64,000 nt of DNA from Balanoglossus misakiensis (taxonomy: Eukaryota > Animalia > Hemichordata): the NCBI GenBank assembly GCA_040954595.2, contig CM082598.2:8013097-8077096 (forward strand). The letters are read 5' to 3'. Shown one piece after another: positions 35,892-49,249 of this stretch. The notes below the pieces were generated by a model. The model was not told where the DNA came from. It searched no databases and worked only from the letters and a program-made list of their open reading frames with translations. The first letter of the stretch is position 1. Each line of letters starts with the position of its first letter. The position numbers were made by a program, and so were the translations under genes.

Positions 35892-37316
35892 ATGGCTGTG
35901 TCCAAAATATCAATTCAAGAGCGAAGCATTTATGTGCAACACTTGCCTTTTGAATGTACAAAGAAACATTTTAGAGAATTTATCGAGTTACAGCTTGGTT
36001 TGGCCCAGGTTGATCAAATTTATATTTCTGATAAAGATTCCGCTTTTGTCACATTTGAGAATATAGAATCAGCCACAGCCGCTCTGCCAGTAATACATAA
36101 AAGCACTTTTGAAGAAAGCAAATTACGGGCAAGTCGTGTGACCACAGCCCGAGGGTTGGAACTGTGGCATTTAATTGAGGAAACCGAACAAAGTACTGGC
36201 CTAGATTACAATGAAACCAGTGATCCCAAGACATCCAAACCCAAAGCAGATGTACAGGAAATTATTAACATGTTGAGTTTACTGTCTGAAGCAGATATGA
36301 AAGCGGTTGCACAGGCCATATCACCTGCTCCACTGAAACCAATCGTATCAACCCCTATGCCACAGCCGATTCCATTTCCAGCATTTCCAGTACCAACTTC
36401 AGTTGCAGATTCTTCACCATTTATTATGTCTTCACCTGCCCAAGCAGCTGCTGCACAGCCAGCCACAGCCACTACTGCTTTTCACTCGGTGGAATTCCCA
36501 AGAATAGTCGTCTTCTCTGGCAAAGGTGATGTCACTTACGAAATGTGGCGATATGAAGTTCGAGCACTACAGAGGGAGAATGTGTTTCCGGAGACCATAA
36601 TTATGCAGGCTGTTCGGAAATCCCTACGAGCGTCCGCTGCTGAAGTCCTACTACATATGGGAGAAGACATCACAGTGTCCCGATTGATGGCGAAGATGGA
36701 CATGGTCTTTGGGAAAGTATTGCCACCGGAAGCAGTTTTGGAAAAATTCTATACAGCACGACAAACGAAGACAGAAAAGGTAGCAGAATGGGCCTGTCGC
36801 ATCGAAGGACTTTTGGATGAACTCGGATCAGGTCAGTCCATCTCTAGTAATTCAGAAGAAACCATGCTTCGAACCAAATTCTTTTCTGGCCTGTCAGATG
36901 AGCACATTAAGAATGCAATCAGACACCGATATGATACGGGAGAAGATTATTCAGGATTGTTGCTAGCCGCAAGAAAGCTTGAAGTAAATAGGGAGACCAC
37001 TACCAGGGTTCACCAAGCAACTGTTGCTGACAAGACGATGATAACCAAATTGGAGGAACTTACCAAAGGTCTGAAGAGCTTAGCTGAGAAGGTTGCTGAA
37101 CTAGAGAAGCGAACTTCAACATCATCAACTCCAGAGTCTACTTTTCGCCGACGTGTCAACAATGAAAATGGCCGGGATCGGCGTGGCAACGATGGAACTC
37201 GCCAACCCAAACAAGTTTTCCCAGGCAACTGCTTCAAGTGTGGTGAACATGGACACAAAAAGACAGACTGTCCTTTAAATGGGGAGCGACCAGGCATCCG
37301 GAGGGACATGCGCTAG
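35892..37316 (+). CDS. gag: Gag: N-terminal RRM, PNMA-like capsid, CCHC zinc knuckle
   Basis: RNP2-like IYVQHL and RNP1-like SAFVTF; FSGKGDVTYEMWRYEV; CFKCGEHGHKKTDC. Confidence 0.92.
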   Translation: MAVSKISIQERSIYVQHLPFECTKKHFREFIELQLGLAQVDQIYISDKDSAFVTFENIESATAALPVIHKSTFEESKLRASRVTTARGLELWHLIEETEQSTGLDYNETSDPKTSKPKADVQEIINMLSLLSEADMKAVAQAISPAPLKPIVSTPMPQPIPFPAFPVPTSVADSSPFIMSSPAQAAAAQPATATTAFHSVEFPRIVVFSGKGDVTYEMWRYEVRALQRENVFPETIIMQAVRKSLRASAAEVLLHMGEDITVSRLMAKMDMVFGKVLPPEAVLEKFYTARQTKTEKVAEWACRIEGLLDELGSGQSISSNSEETMLRTKFFSGLSDEHIKNAIRHRYDTGEDYSGLLLAARKLEVNRETTTRVHQATVADKTMITKLEELTKGLKSLAEKVAELEKRTSTSSTPESTFRRRVNNENGRDRRGNDGTRQPKQVFPGNCFKCGEHGHKKTDCPLNGERPGIRRDMR

Positions 37317-37321
37317 GTCGG
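37274..37321 (+). promoter_or_regulatory. -1 ribosomal frameshift signal (gag to pro/pol)
   Basis: Slippery T TTA AAT in the gag frame, followed by stem CGACC..GCAT..ATGC..GGTCG. The -1 frame is open through the protease motif LIDTGS. Confidence 0.75.
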
Positions 37322-40300
37322 AACGGTAACAGTCCCTCTAATGTTATTGATTCTTTAATAGGCCACGCCAATGAAACTGAGATTGTGTTGGAAGGATCCT
37401 CGTGTATTGCGCTGATAGACACCGGGTCCATGGTATCTACTGTTGCTGACACTTTTAACAGAGAGAAGCTACAGAAACCAATTCATGACCTGAACAACTT
37501 GGTGAAGGTAGAAGGGGCTAGTGGTACAGAAGTTCCTTACCTTGGTTATATTGAAGTTGAAGTGAAATTCCCAGATAGCCATGGACAAGAGATGTCTAAA
37601 GATATATTATTGCTTGTTGTTGAAGACACGGAATATAATCAGATGGTTCCAGTTGTGATAGGCACAAATGTTCTCCAACATTTTGTGGATGAAGATACAC
37701 AGTACAGTACAGACCTATCCTCAGTATGGAGACTAGCATACCAAGCGACTATCCACCGGCAGAGGGCCGAAGGTAGGACATTTACAGTTACCACGAACGC
37801 ACAGTCATCCATGGATTTTGCAGAGTGGACCTAAGAAATTGTCAATCAGTAGTTGTGGTGGAACCAGAAAATGACAGACTTTTACCTGGTGGTTTACTTG
37901 TTACTCCAGCCGTGTTGAAGTTAGAGCCTCGTGGTAATTCGTGTCGAATCCCAGTAATGGTGACCAACTATGGAGCACGTGCTGTCACAGTTCCCCCTAA
38001 AAGCACCCTATGTAACATGAACTTAGCATCTAATGTCTCACAGCCTTTAGATCCATATGGAGATGATATTGATACAAACTCAGATGGGACCACCTCACCA
38101 AAAGTACCCGATTGGCTGATAAAAGACCTGGGATTACAAGAGGCAGATACAGAATTAACAGAAATCCAGAAAGACCAAGCCTTGGCTACCATTGGTAAAT
38201 GGCAAACCGTGTTCTCTACAGGTGAGAGAGATTTGGGACACACAACATTGGTAACACATTCGATAAAGTTAACGGATGAAGCCCCCTTTAAAGATAAATA
38301 CCGTCGAATCCCTATGGGTATGTACGAAGAATTGCAACAGTACCTGCAAGATATGCTACAGAGTGGTGTGATTAGAGAATCAAACAGCCCGTGGTCCTCA
38401 AATGTTGTATGTGTCAGAAAACCTGATGGGAAGCTGAGGGTGTGTATTGATTATAGACGTCTCAACGCCAAAACCATTAAAGACGCTTACGCATTACCCC
38501 GGGTATTGGATACGCTTGATAACCTTAGTAACGCCGAGTGGTTTTCATCGCTTGATCTACGGTCTGGATATTACCAAGTAGAGATGGCGGAAGACGACAA
38601 AGCGAAGACAGCTTTCACGGTGGGAAACTTCGGCTTATTTGAATTCAACCGTATGTCTATGGGTCTGACCAACGCACCTGCAACTTTCCAGCGTCTCATG
38701 GAGAAGTGTTTTGGAGAATTGGCGTTCAGAGAATGTTGTGTGTATTTAGATGACATCATAGTATTTTCGAAGACTTTTGAAGACCACCTCAATAGATTGG
38801 AGCGGGTATTCCAGCGGCTGGCATCACATGGATTAAAGTTGAAGGCAACGAAATGTGTTTTATTCCAGAAGAAGGTGAAATATCTTGGACACGTGGTATC
38901 AGCCGACGGAATTACAACGGACCCAGACAAGGTAGCAGCTCTAAAGGAATGGCCAATACCCACTACTGTAACAGAACTGAGAAGATTTCTTGGATTTGCA
39001 GGGTATTACAGGAGATTTATCCAAAGCTACAGTAATATTGCCAAGCCACTTAACGACTTGCTGTGTGGACGTCAGTCAAGGAATAAGGCGGGAAAATTTG
39101 AAAAACTCCAGTGGGGACAACAGGAACAACAAGCTTTCGACACTCTGAGGAAGAGCCTAATGTCGTCACCAATACTAGCCTTTGCTGACTACTCACTTCC
39201 ATTTGAAATACATACTGATGCAAGTTCCACAGGTCTGGGAGCAGTGCTGTATCAACGCCAGAAAGGTATTCTCAGAGTAATTGCCTATGCAAGTAGAGGA
39301 CTCACCAAGTCTGAAAGTAATTATCCAGCTCATAAATTAGAATTTTTGGCACTGAAATGGGCCGTCACCAAGAAGTTCAACGACTACCTGTATGGAAGCA
39401 AATTCACTGTGTTTACAGACAACAACCCTTTGACGTATGTGTTAACTTCTGCGAAACTGGATGCGGTGGGACACAGATGGTTGTCAGACTTGTCATTGTA
39501 CGACTTCTCTATTGTTTACCGGAGTGGTAAGAAGAATATAGAGGCTGACGCCTTGTCTAGGATTCCATGGAATAGAGAGAATCCAGAGACGGAAACCAAT
39601 CTGGGAGCCGATGTAGTCCAGGCGCTTTGTCGAGCAACAGAAGGTCCATACGTAACTTCATTCGGAATGGTAGCAGATGAGGACAGACCTGCAGTAGTTC
39701 AAGGTGGGGATGATGTGTTCTGGAAGACGGAGCAGTCCAAAGATTCAACAATACGGTATGTGACTGATCAGCTTGAAAAGGACCACAAACCACTTATGAG
39801 AGATCATACAGGAGATATCAGACTACTTATACGAGATTGGAAACGCCTTGTTCTGAAGAATGGAGTCCTATACAGGAAATGCTTCATCGATGATATACAA
39901 TATTTGCAACTTGTCTTACCAGTACACCATAGAAAAGATGTCCTGGAGGAACTACATGATAAACTTGGACACTTTGGCCAAGATAAAACCCTGGATCTGG
40001 TACGACGAAGATTCTACTGGCCTAGGATGTCGATGGATGTTCAAAAGAAAGTGGAACATTGTTTACCATGCATTCGCAGGAAAAGTTCAACTTCCTTACC
40101 CAGAACTCCCTTGGTTAATATTCACACATCACAACCGATGGAAATGGTGTGCATCGACTTTCTCCATATACCAACACCAGATCAAGGATATAGCAACATA
40201 TTAGTGATGACGGACCATTTCACTCGATACGCTATAGCAGTACCTACAAAGAACCAGTCTGCCAAAACAACTGCCAAAGCATTGTTTGAACATTTGATTT

Positions 40301-41505
40301 TGCATTATGGGTTCCCAGGACGATTACACAGTGACCAGGGGCGAAACTTTGAGTCGTCTACAATTCAGGAACTTTGCCGAATAGCAAATATTAAGAAGTC
40401 CAGGACCACTCCATACCACCCCCAGGGAAATGGAATGTGCGAACGATTTAATAAGACGTTATTACAGATGCTTGGAACTATGAATAAAGACAACAAGACA
40501 AGATGGGCTTCACATGTCAATACGATGGTTCATGCCTATAATTCTACAAAGCATGAAAGCACCGGATATTCACCTTTCTTTTTGATGTTTGGTCGTGAAC
40601 CAAGACTGCCTATAGATGTATCCGGACATGCAGACCAGACCAACCTAGAATATGGTGGAACAGTTTCAGATTATGTGACGAAACTTGCCGAACGGTTGGA
40701 TTACGCCTATAAAGTAGCAACGGAACGGTCTGTTAAGTCTGGTGAACGGCAGAAGAAGTCATATGATAGAAAAGTGAAGGTGGCCATAATACAACCTGGT
40801 GATACTGTGTTGGTGAAGAATACAGGACCTGAAGACAATTACAAATTGGCAGACCAATGGGAAAAGGATCCATATACAGTGATTTCACAGCCCATAGAAG
40901 ACATTCCAGTATACATGGTACAAAAACAAGTTAAGGGTGGAAGGAAGCGGACACTACATAGAAATTTGCTACTCCCAATACCAATAATTCCGGACGAACT
41001 GGATGACGATGTTAACACCAAGATGACGCAGCGTGATGTTAAGCAGAGTGTACCGGGTGTTATCAACGATGCTACCCAGGATGCAGTGGACGAAGAGGAT
41101 GACGGCATTGGTAAATTGCAATTCGTGTCAACTATCAACTTGCCAACAGAACACAATGCTCTTAATCCTACTGCTGCAGAATTCATCCCATCCAGAAGAG
41201 AAAGTTCCCTGATGGACAACCCCACAAGTATGGTTAATCCGGATGGACCTTCTCAAGTACTTACCTCAGATTTCTCGAATCATATTTTGCAAAGTACGGA
41301 TGGTTGGTCATCGAGCGATCCAGATGGTATCACTCCTGCTACAACCAACATCAGTCCTGACTCCAGTAGTAGTACTCAACCTGAACCACGCTATCCTACA
41401 CGACAGAGACGACCTCCAGATAGATATAGTCCCGAACAATGGAATCTAAAACAGTTTGCTCATACGACTTTATCTTCTATACCATTTATTAATTGCCACT
41501 ATTAA
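37274..41505 (+). CDS. pol: Pol polyprotein (protease, RT, RNase H, integrase) with one frame disruption near 37800
   Basis: LIDTGS; LRVCIDYR, YLDD; TDAS, TDNNPL, ADALSR; HHCC zinc finger, D..D(35)E (IDF, SDQG, ER). Protease and RT are in different frames, shifting at ~37797. Confidence 0.93.
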
Positions 41506-41564
41506 TCAAATATCTTTAACTTACTTTAAATGACGAGGACGCCATTTCTCCTCGCAGGGGTGCG

Positions 41565-42206
41565 TGTAACGGCCTTGTTGATCCATTGAATTTGTATACA
41601 TGTATATCTGTATGTATGTTATACCTGTATCTTATAGTAATTAGTTATTCAATTATTCATATGACGTAATAGTACTTACCTTCAATTGGTTGATCTTAAT
41701 TATATGCAAACCACCTGGAAGTTTCATTTGACCAATGAACACAAGCTAATCTGGCACTATGATGTAATGGCTGATATAAAAGGACATGGTGCATAAAATT
41801 GGTCAGTTCACCTCTGTAGCCAGACCGGCCACACACGTTGGAACTGACATGTATTTGTTCCATTTCAGGTTAGTTTCCTTGTACCTTACCTGTTGCTTGA
41901 AGCTTTGTATTTTGGTGCATTCTACCGACTCATTTCAGCACAAGTAATTGGTGTCTTTAACTTGCGTCAATTTTCCAATTGTATATCTATATTTTTCACT
42001 TGCATGAATTTTGGTGTATTCTGTTGGAGGTGAACTCCCATACATGTGTGTAATTTAGCAGTTCACCTCTGTAGCCAGACCGGCCACACACGTTGGAACT
42101 GACATGTATTTGTTCCATTTCAGTTATTAAATGTAAGGCCTATGTCTTTGTTACCCGTAACCTGTTTGGTGTGAATATGTTGGAATGAACGGCGACAACC
42201 GTGACA
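41565..42206 (+). repeat. 3' LTR
   Basis: Copy of 34201-34842. Confidence 0.97.
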
Positions 42207-44993
42207 TTATTATTATTATTATTATTATTATTATAAACTTTATTTCGGACTCATGGTCCATATTACAGTAGGATTAGTTGAAAGGGGAAAAAATAGATTA
42301 CATATCTAAATGACGAAAAGAAGCTTATTCCAAAGGCTCAAAGTTTCAGAATTAAAATACAATACATCATGCACTTGCCGCACAATGACATTTTGGCAGT
42401 TCAAGAGTCTTTGTTTGAGACTAAAAATTTGCCTTCTCTGCAGGGCATCGAATGTATCAATTCTGTTCGTCACAAACATAGAGCTCGCACTACTTCGTCT
42501 TTCATATCCCAATAGGATACGAGCAGCGTTGCTGTATGCAACTTTCAATTTCCTCATTGTGCTGACAGTGAATTTTACCCGCATTGGGCTTCCATACATT
42601 TGATAACAATGTGTTTTGAAGAGAATACTCTTGATGTCAAAAGTACATCTGAAAAAAAATTATCTTAAGCATATTAGCTGACACATAAAAACATCGCATC
42701 TGTCGCTCAATATCATCATCATCATGGAGATGATCGTTGAGGATGAAACCCAGGTGCTTTTTCTTTGTTACAAGTGCTAGTTTAACTCCATTAAGATAAA
42801 CAGAAGGAATGCGACGAATCATAGAAGAATCCGATTTGATACACATACAGTTAGTCTTTTTGTCATTAAATAAAATATCATGAGTATTACCATAGTTGCC
42901 ACAGATATCGACCAACTTCTGAGTCCCCTTGACCGAAGGACTAATAAGACATATATCATCGGCATACATTAAATGGTTGATAAAATATCCTCCAATATTA
43001 CAGCCTGTTTTGGAGTTTGACAACATCATACTCAACTGATCAACATAAATATTAAAAAACTTAGGTGACAAGAGCAGGGGTACATGAACCCCAGCGAATG
43101 ACAATCTGCTGAGTACGATAACAACTCAAAAGAAATCTAACAAAATAGGCTGGAACTTTGCGATCTATTAGTTTCTTCAATAAAACCCAATGGTTCACTC
43201 TGTCAAATGCTTTTGAAGCATCCATGAAGGTGATAATTACATTACTGCCATGCTTTCTATAGAAATTGATTACTTCTTTAAGAACAAATACGCACATATC
43301 AGTGGAATGGCCAGATTTGAAACCAAACTGATAATGTGACGTCTCAAGAAAACAATCAATATGTCTAAGTAAAATTAACTCAATGAGCTTTGAAGCAACT
43401 GTAGACAGTGCAATCGGACGGTAATTACTTTTGTCATTAACATTGTTGTTTTTGTCCTTTACTATGGGAACTAAAACAGTATCAGAAAGTCTACTCGGGC
43501 AAAAACCATGTACAAACATTGCTGTAAAACACATACTAAGTAAGATAGAGATCTTAGTACTGGCATACATAAAGTGCTCCGCTGAAAGAAAGTCTGAGCC
43601 AGCAGCTTTTCCAGTCTGTAATTTAGAAATGGCATCACACACGTCACCGGGTAAAACAGTAACACTATTATCAAAGGTATATTTCTCAACAGCTTCCAAG
43701 ACAAATTTCTTATCATCAGTCGTGTTCACAGAGTTATAGATTTCTTGATAATGTTTACACCACATATCAGCAACATTAGCTTCACCAGTACAACCACCTA
43801 CATTGTTTGGCCTGGAATAACACTTTTTGTTATTGACAGAATGCCAAAATTTCTTGTGGTTACCTTCACAGAGGTTTTTGGCCATAGCATCAGCTTTCAT
43901 TTGCTCTTCATTAATTCGACACGCCCGCAACGCATACTTGAAACGAGCATGAGTACGACGTTTAAAATCAAACAATGGTCCATTCTTGGGTTTACCAGAC
44001 TCACGCCATAATTTAAATGCGTCACGGGCAATTGCATGGATCTCTTTTAAATGGTCATTCCACCCAGCAACTGCACAACTTTTTCCACTGTCATTGGCAT
44101 GGCTAATTCGAGTGCCAGCACAATGTAAACAATCAATGATATTACCATAGAAGTCAGCAATACTATCAACATGATTCTTGTCTTTACAGTGAATGTCTTT
44201 ACAGCATAATGAATCAGTAGGAATATTAATATCTGCAAGAAGTCTATCCGTGACATCAGTGTACATATTACATCGTTTGTTACTGACTAGAGTCACACGA
44301 TGGTAAAAAATCGACATTACATGTAATGGAAAGTGGAAAATGATCTGATAAGATCATGTCATACAAAATTTCCATTGACTGTATACATACAATGGTCTGA
44401 CCATGAAGTAGAGCCATGCATGTCGCTAACATATGTAAATGAATCCTCAGGCAAAAAGACTTGGTCAGAGATAAAGTAATTATAGTCATTACAGAAACTT
44501 TGTAATGTCGAGCCAAATAAGGAATTCTGATCTGAATTCCAATCACCAATAATCATACTACAATAAGAGTCACTGGATTGAACAATTGAATTTTTGCTAA
44601 GTAATCAGAAAATTCATCACAGTTTTCACTACTACACGTCGGTAAATATACACAAAGGATTAACAATTTACACTTGATGTAATCAATCTCAATTCCAATA
44701 ATTCTGTTGTCATTAAAATACCTTACTTTGACAGCGTGACCAATTGACTTACGCCACAGAATAGCGACGCCACCATATGGTCTACCAATAATTAGTTTTT
44801 CACTAGGATCAACAGGGGACTCACCATAGAAATCAAAGTCTTTATGGATGGTAGATAAAAAAGAAATATTGTCTCGAGTTAGCCAATGTTCTTGTAGTAA
44901 ACAAATGTCATGAGTTTCGCACAGATCTCTGACAGTTTTTAGCGAGTTCTTGACTGACCGACAGTTATATGAAGCAATACGGAGACTATTACA
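42207..44993 (-). mobile_element. Degraded APE-RT LINE (Proto2/RTE-group-like, tentative); its (TAA)n tail continues at 34171-34200
   Basis: SYNCRS, LQEHWL, GRPYGG, GDWN, SDHFP, NYRPIAL, DASKAFD and YADD in frameshifted fragments; the GVRQG region is deleted. Absent from the sister MITE at ~59950. Confidence 0.85.
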
Positions 44994-45822
44994 ACGATAT
45001 ACTATTATATACTTCAATTACTTTAAGAAATTTATAATTGAGGTGTGAGGAGCCTTTCTTTATTGCATACAGTGTACATAGGATCAGGACGGCGAATGTT
45101 TTCGGTATGGCGGGGGGGGGGGGGTCATCATATTTTTGGGTCTGTCAAAGAGGGGGGTCATCATTTTTTGCTCCTGGGTGAAGGGGGGGGGGGTCGGCCT
45201 GATTTTGAAAACCGATGACACAATCTTGCCGCCCTCCCCCCCCCCCCCCCCCCCGGCCGTAAAAACTGAACGGTCCCTTATATTATACCAGTATATTGAA
45301 ACTTTGCATAAAACATTTTAAAAAAGGCATTTTTTTTTACTATGAGTTTTGCATGATATATGACTGTGGTATATGACGAATATATCACAGTCACGTGTCG
45401 CGTCTCGACCAATAAAATAGCTGTGCCTATGGAACTTTCGGAACTGCGTCAGCGTACGTGGACGCGCTGCCAGGCAAAACGACTGTACGTTTCTGTACAC
45501 ATATATTTGATATGAATATTCATGAGCGGCGTTAATTTGCATATAGAACATCTAGAAGCGCACACAAGCTGGTGATAACGCCCCAAAATGCGTATTCTGT
45601 ACGTGGTATGTACGCGTATAGAACTCATGTTGACGCGACGTTAATTTGATTGACAGACATATGAGGTTCGAATGTTCTCCGCTACTTACCAAAATCTGGT
45701 AAAACCATTTGAGGGCGTTTACAGAATCGGCAAGACTGTGTGATTAGCGTCGCGTCCACATGATGTTCTATACCTAACGGACGCGGACGCGCATTTCAGT
45801 ATCACTCAGTCTTAGAGCAAGA

Positions 45823-46352
45823 TTGCCTTTCAAGAGGGCGCCCTCAATGACCTTTGGCTTTCCAGAGACGCGGTCAAGAGGTCTCTCCAAATCCGTTTCG
45901 TTCAACCATGGTTCAACCAATGAGAGCGCTGAAGTGGCGTTCGATTTAGGGGAAGCTAACTGATTCGTCAATGGCGTCCCACCGGAAGTATCACCATAGT
46001 TACCTACTTACTTCACAATTTCATTTTTATAGATCGATCACCAAAAATTGAGATAATCCGAATTATTTTACACGTAATCATAATTTTCGCGTACAAGTAT
46101 CATTTGTTGTTTTGAACGTCTGTTCTACACGTATGCCACGTCACGTGACAAGGACGTTACGCGTACTGATCGAACGTGCAAACGATCCATGCACACGATG
46201 GAACTTCTGTCTGGCATATTAGCCAATCACATGAAGCAACATCTTTCATGGTACTAGCCAATCAGAGCGCGAGCTCAAACGGATTTGGAGAGACCTCTTG
46301 ACCGCGTCTCTGAAAAGCCAAAGGTCATTGAGGGCGCCCTCTTGAGAGGCAA
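45823..46352. mobile_element. ~530-bp MITE with ~75-bp TIRs (TTGCC...GGCAA), AcademH-like, copy 1
   Basis: TIR ttgcctttcaagagggcgccctcaatgacctttggc...; flanks (a)GAGCAAGA and (g)GAGCAAGA. Confidence 0.85.
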
Positions 46353-46373
46353 GGAGCAAGACTACGGTTGACT

Positions 46374-46598
46374 CTGGAGATCGACGGTTTGTTCTAAAAT
46401 ATCCATGGTTGCTTCCAAACGCCGTCTCGTTATTTGCATATTCAGTTGTGATGCGTAGAACACACAGGTCCGAGCGAATAAGAACGTTTTCCAGTAGAAT
46501 CTGTAGATCGACTGTTTGTTCTAAAATATCCATGGTTGCTTCCAAACACCGTCTCGTTATTTGCATATTCCGTTGTGATGCGTAGAACACATAGGTCC
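46374..46598. repeat. 127-bp repeat family (~1.8 copies)
   Basis: Same unit as 17921-18341. Confidence 0.9.
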
Positions 46599-47316
46599 TC
46601 TATATATAGAGGCTAGAGGTTTTCGTAACTGCGAACACGCATCCCTGCCACACATTGCCCAGACATACTCGTTTTATACTGCGCGCAATACCATTCATAT
46701 CCAGGAATTGCTGCAGTTTTGCAGGTCCTCCGGAGGGGCTGCAAAACTGCAGCAAATCCAGGAAATGCTACAATTAATCAGGGACGCACATGAAATACAA
46801 CACATTACAAAACATAATGTGCGAAGCCATGTTGATAATTTCATTCACAAACAATTTCATTTGGGTCAAAATGGTCAGGGGTCGAAGTGACCTGTTACCG
46901 ATAAGGACATTTACGGTACGCTTCGGAATACGCATACGAAATGCAATCCCCAAGACCGCTTATTTGTTTGGGGATTCTCTTCTCCAGTTCAGACTAAAAA
47001 CACAATCATTATTTCCGAAACAATAGAAACATAAACTATTTTTCAGAGTTATGTCACTATAAGTAAGTATAATTATTTTGTAATATAATATTGTAAGCAA
47101 ATATTTTCATATATCGTAAATGTCCGTCTTCTGGCGGAAACCTGGGCTGTGAATGACTTTCACTAAGTGTCGCCAATGCGAAAATGAATACGAATATGAA
47201 TTTGAGGACAATTTCAATGCAGCTCTCTACAGTAGAGTACTACGCGCGTCAGGTCCACTTAGGCCACGCCCAGGAATTGTATACCATGGCAGTTCAGAGA
47301 GATTCCGAACAACATA

Positions 47317-49020
47317 TATTTCGGAGTCAGGCTCTCCGAGCTGCCATATATATTGTTCGGAGACTCTCCGAGCTGCCATATATGTTGTTCGGAGACTCTC
47401 CGAGCTGCCATATATATTGTTCGGAGACTCTCTGACCTGCCATATATGTTACATGAACGGACTTTGACTTATATTGAGTAACAAGTTAAAATACGTCGAA
47501 ATTAATGTGTGCATTTGAAATACAGATCAAATATTTGCGTCTTCTCTGTGCAGTCCGTATTTCGGAGTCAGGCTCTCCGACCTGCCATATATGTTGCACT
47601 GAAATAAAACGTATACATGTATTACATTTCCAAATTTAAAACATGATATACACGAAATGGAACAGTTCTACTAGGGAAACGCAAAAAAAACTTTCCACAA
47701 AAAGTTTCTTTCCTCCTAGATCGGGAACGTTAACCTCGAAAATGAATTCGCTTTAAAAAGTCCATGGTAACGTTTATTACACGAATATCATCTATACTCT
47801 ACAAAATTAAGGAGGTGCTGAAATACGTAGGTCATAATCTGATTTATACTTCTATTATATTTGAAACCAGACTAATATTAAACGCCACCTTGGTTGTTTG
47901 CATTCGTTTTACACAGAAAAGTAATATTTCCCAGACTTTTGCTTGATATGAAACCAAATAATATAAACGTATGAACGATAACGTAAAGTACGCAAAGTTG
48001 GCGACACTATATACATTGTAATTGTAAAGCAACGCATGAACAAATCCGTTCTGAGGAGTAAGATTTGTCCAGACTGGAAGAATGCGTATTGAGATACTAT
48101 GTGTAATCGAAGGTAAATATATAAGAGTTAACTCTAACTTTCTGGAGAAGAGTTCGACTCTACATTGCATCGAACAGCAATACGACAATGATATTTTCAC
48201 AGTTTTGATGGAAAATGATGTATTCAAAGATAATTTCACAGCGAAATATTCATTTGTGATGGGGATCTAGTTATACGAAGATGAAATACCACGTTTGTTT
48301 ACTTGCAATAAACATGCCAGGTTGAACTTGAAAGCCGGACTTCTAAACGGACTGAAAGGACAGAACAGACGCAAAAGATGGGTACAATTAACTCACGTAC
48401 AAATGTTGATTTCGGGGAATTTAATCCTGTGCTATTTAAAGTTGTATTATTCAATGCAATGAAAAATCGATTTTGAAATGTTTTTGAATAGTAACTCCAA
48501 AAACTTTGTTTGAGTGCAATAATGGTACGACGGAGAGCGCGAAAGTCCTACGAAATATTGTCCTCGAAAGAGAAAGACACGCAAAACTATATTATAAGCG
48601 GATGATTTCACATAAAATTTCAACAAAACGTGTCTGCAGCAGAATGTATTTGAACTAATTATTCAATGTAATAACATCAAATTTAAACCTGACTTTGTTT
48701 GAGTGAAATAAATATTTGATAGGTCTGAAAACCACGCAGCTGACTCCGAAATAGGTATTTCTAAGAGATTGGACGAAAATTGTCAGTTTATATCCAATGC
48801 AAGCATTAGTTTAAACAAAGTGGCACGTATTTAAACTCATTATTAAATCTAAGTAAAAACTGATGTTGGTATTTCATGAGTATAATCAAGGCAACAAAAA
48901 TATAGCAGGTCAGAGAGTCGCCGACATAGATGCAACATATATGGCAGGTCGGAGAGTCTCCGAACAACATATATGGCAGCTCGGAGAGTCTCCGAACAAC
49001 ATATATGGCAGCTCGGAGAG
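47317..49020. repeat. ~29-bp tandem repeats in inverted orientation at both ends of a 1.7-kb segment
   Basis: tgttcggagactctccgagctgccatata arrays at 47317-47450 and 47558-47597; reverse-complement array at 48905-49020. Confidence 0.75.
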
Positions 49021-49249
49021 TAAGTAGGGAGCCCTCCACACCACTCTCTCGAGAGGGACTACAGTCACGTGTTACATGATTGATGCAACTGATATGGTAG
49101 GTCAACGGGTCTCCAAATAGTTGACATGAAGGCTCGAGACGCGCGTAGTACCCCTATCGCTCTCTAGACTTGACGTAGTCTCGGTTACCCAGACGCCTTT
49201 GCTCTTCCGATGCTCTCCAGAAAAGGGTCTCGGGGAAATATTATTGAAA

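Larger units (their letters stand above)
34201..42206 (+). mobile_element. Gypsy/Ty3 LTR retrotransposon, recent insertion
   Basis: 642-bp TG...CA LTRs, nearly identical (one substitution seen). PBS present; gag-pro-RT-RH-INT order; flanked by TTAT within a (TTA)n tract. Confidence 0.97.
33322..45277. mobile_element. PIF/Harbinger (Tourist-like) MITE, copy 1, split by LINE and Gypsy insertions
   Basis: TTA|GGGACCGTTCAG...CTGAACGGTCCC|TTA; intact sister copy at 59061-60222. Confidence 0.9.

Noticed and set aside
37797-37834. Second programmed frameshift (pro-pol)
   Set aside because: No slippery heptamer; the sequence looks like a short deletion or an error.
41000-41564. env-like third ORF
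   Set aside because: The region is the low-complexity integrase tail, and the 3' LTR follows ~60 bp after the pol stop.
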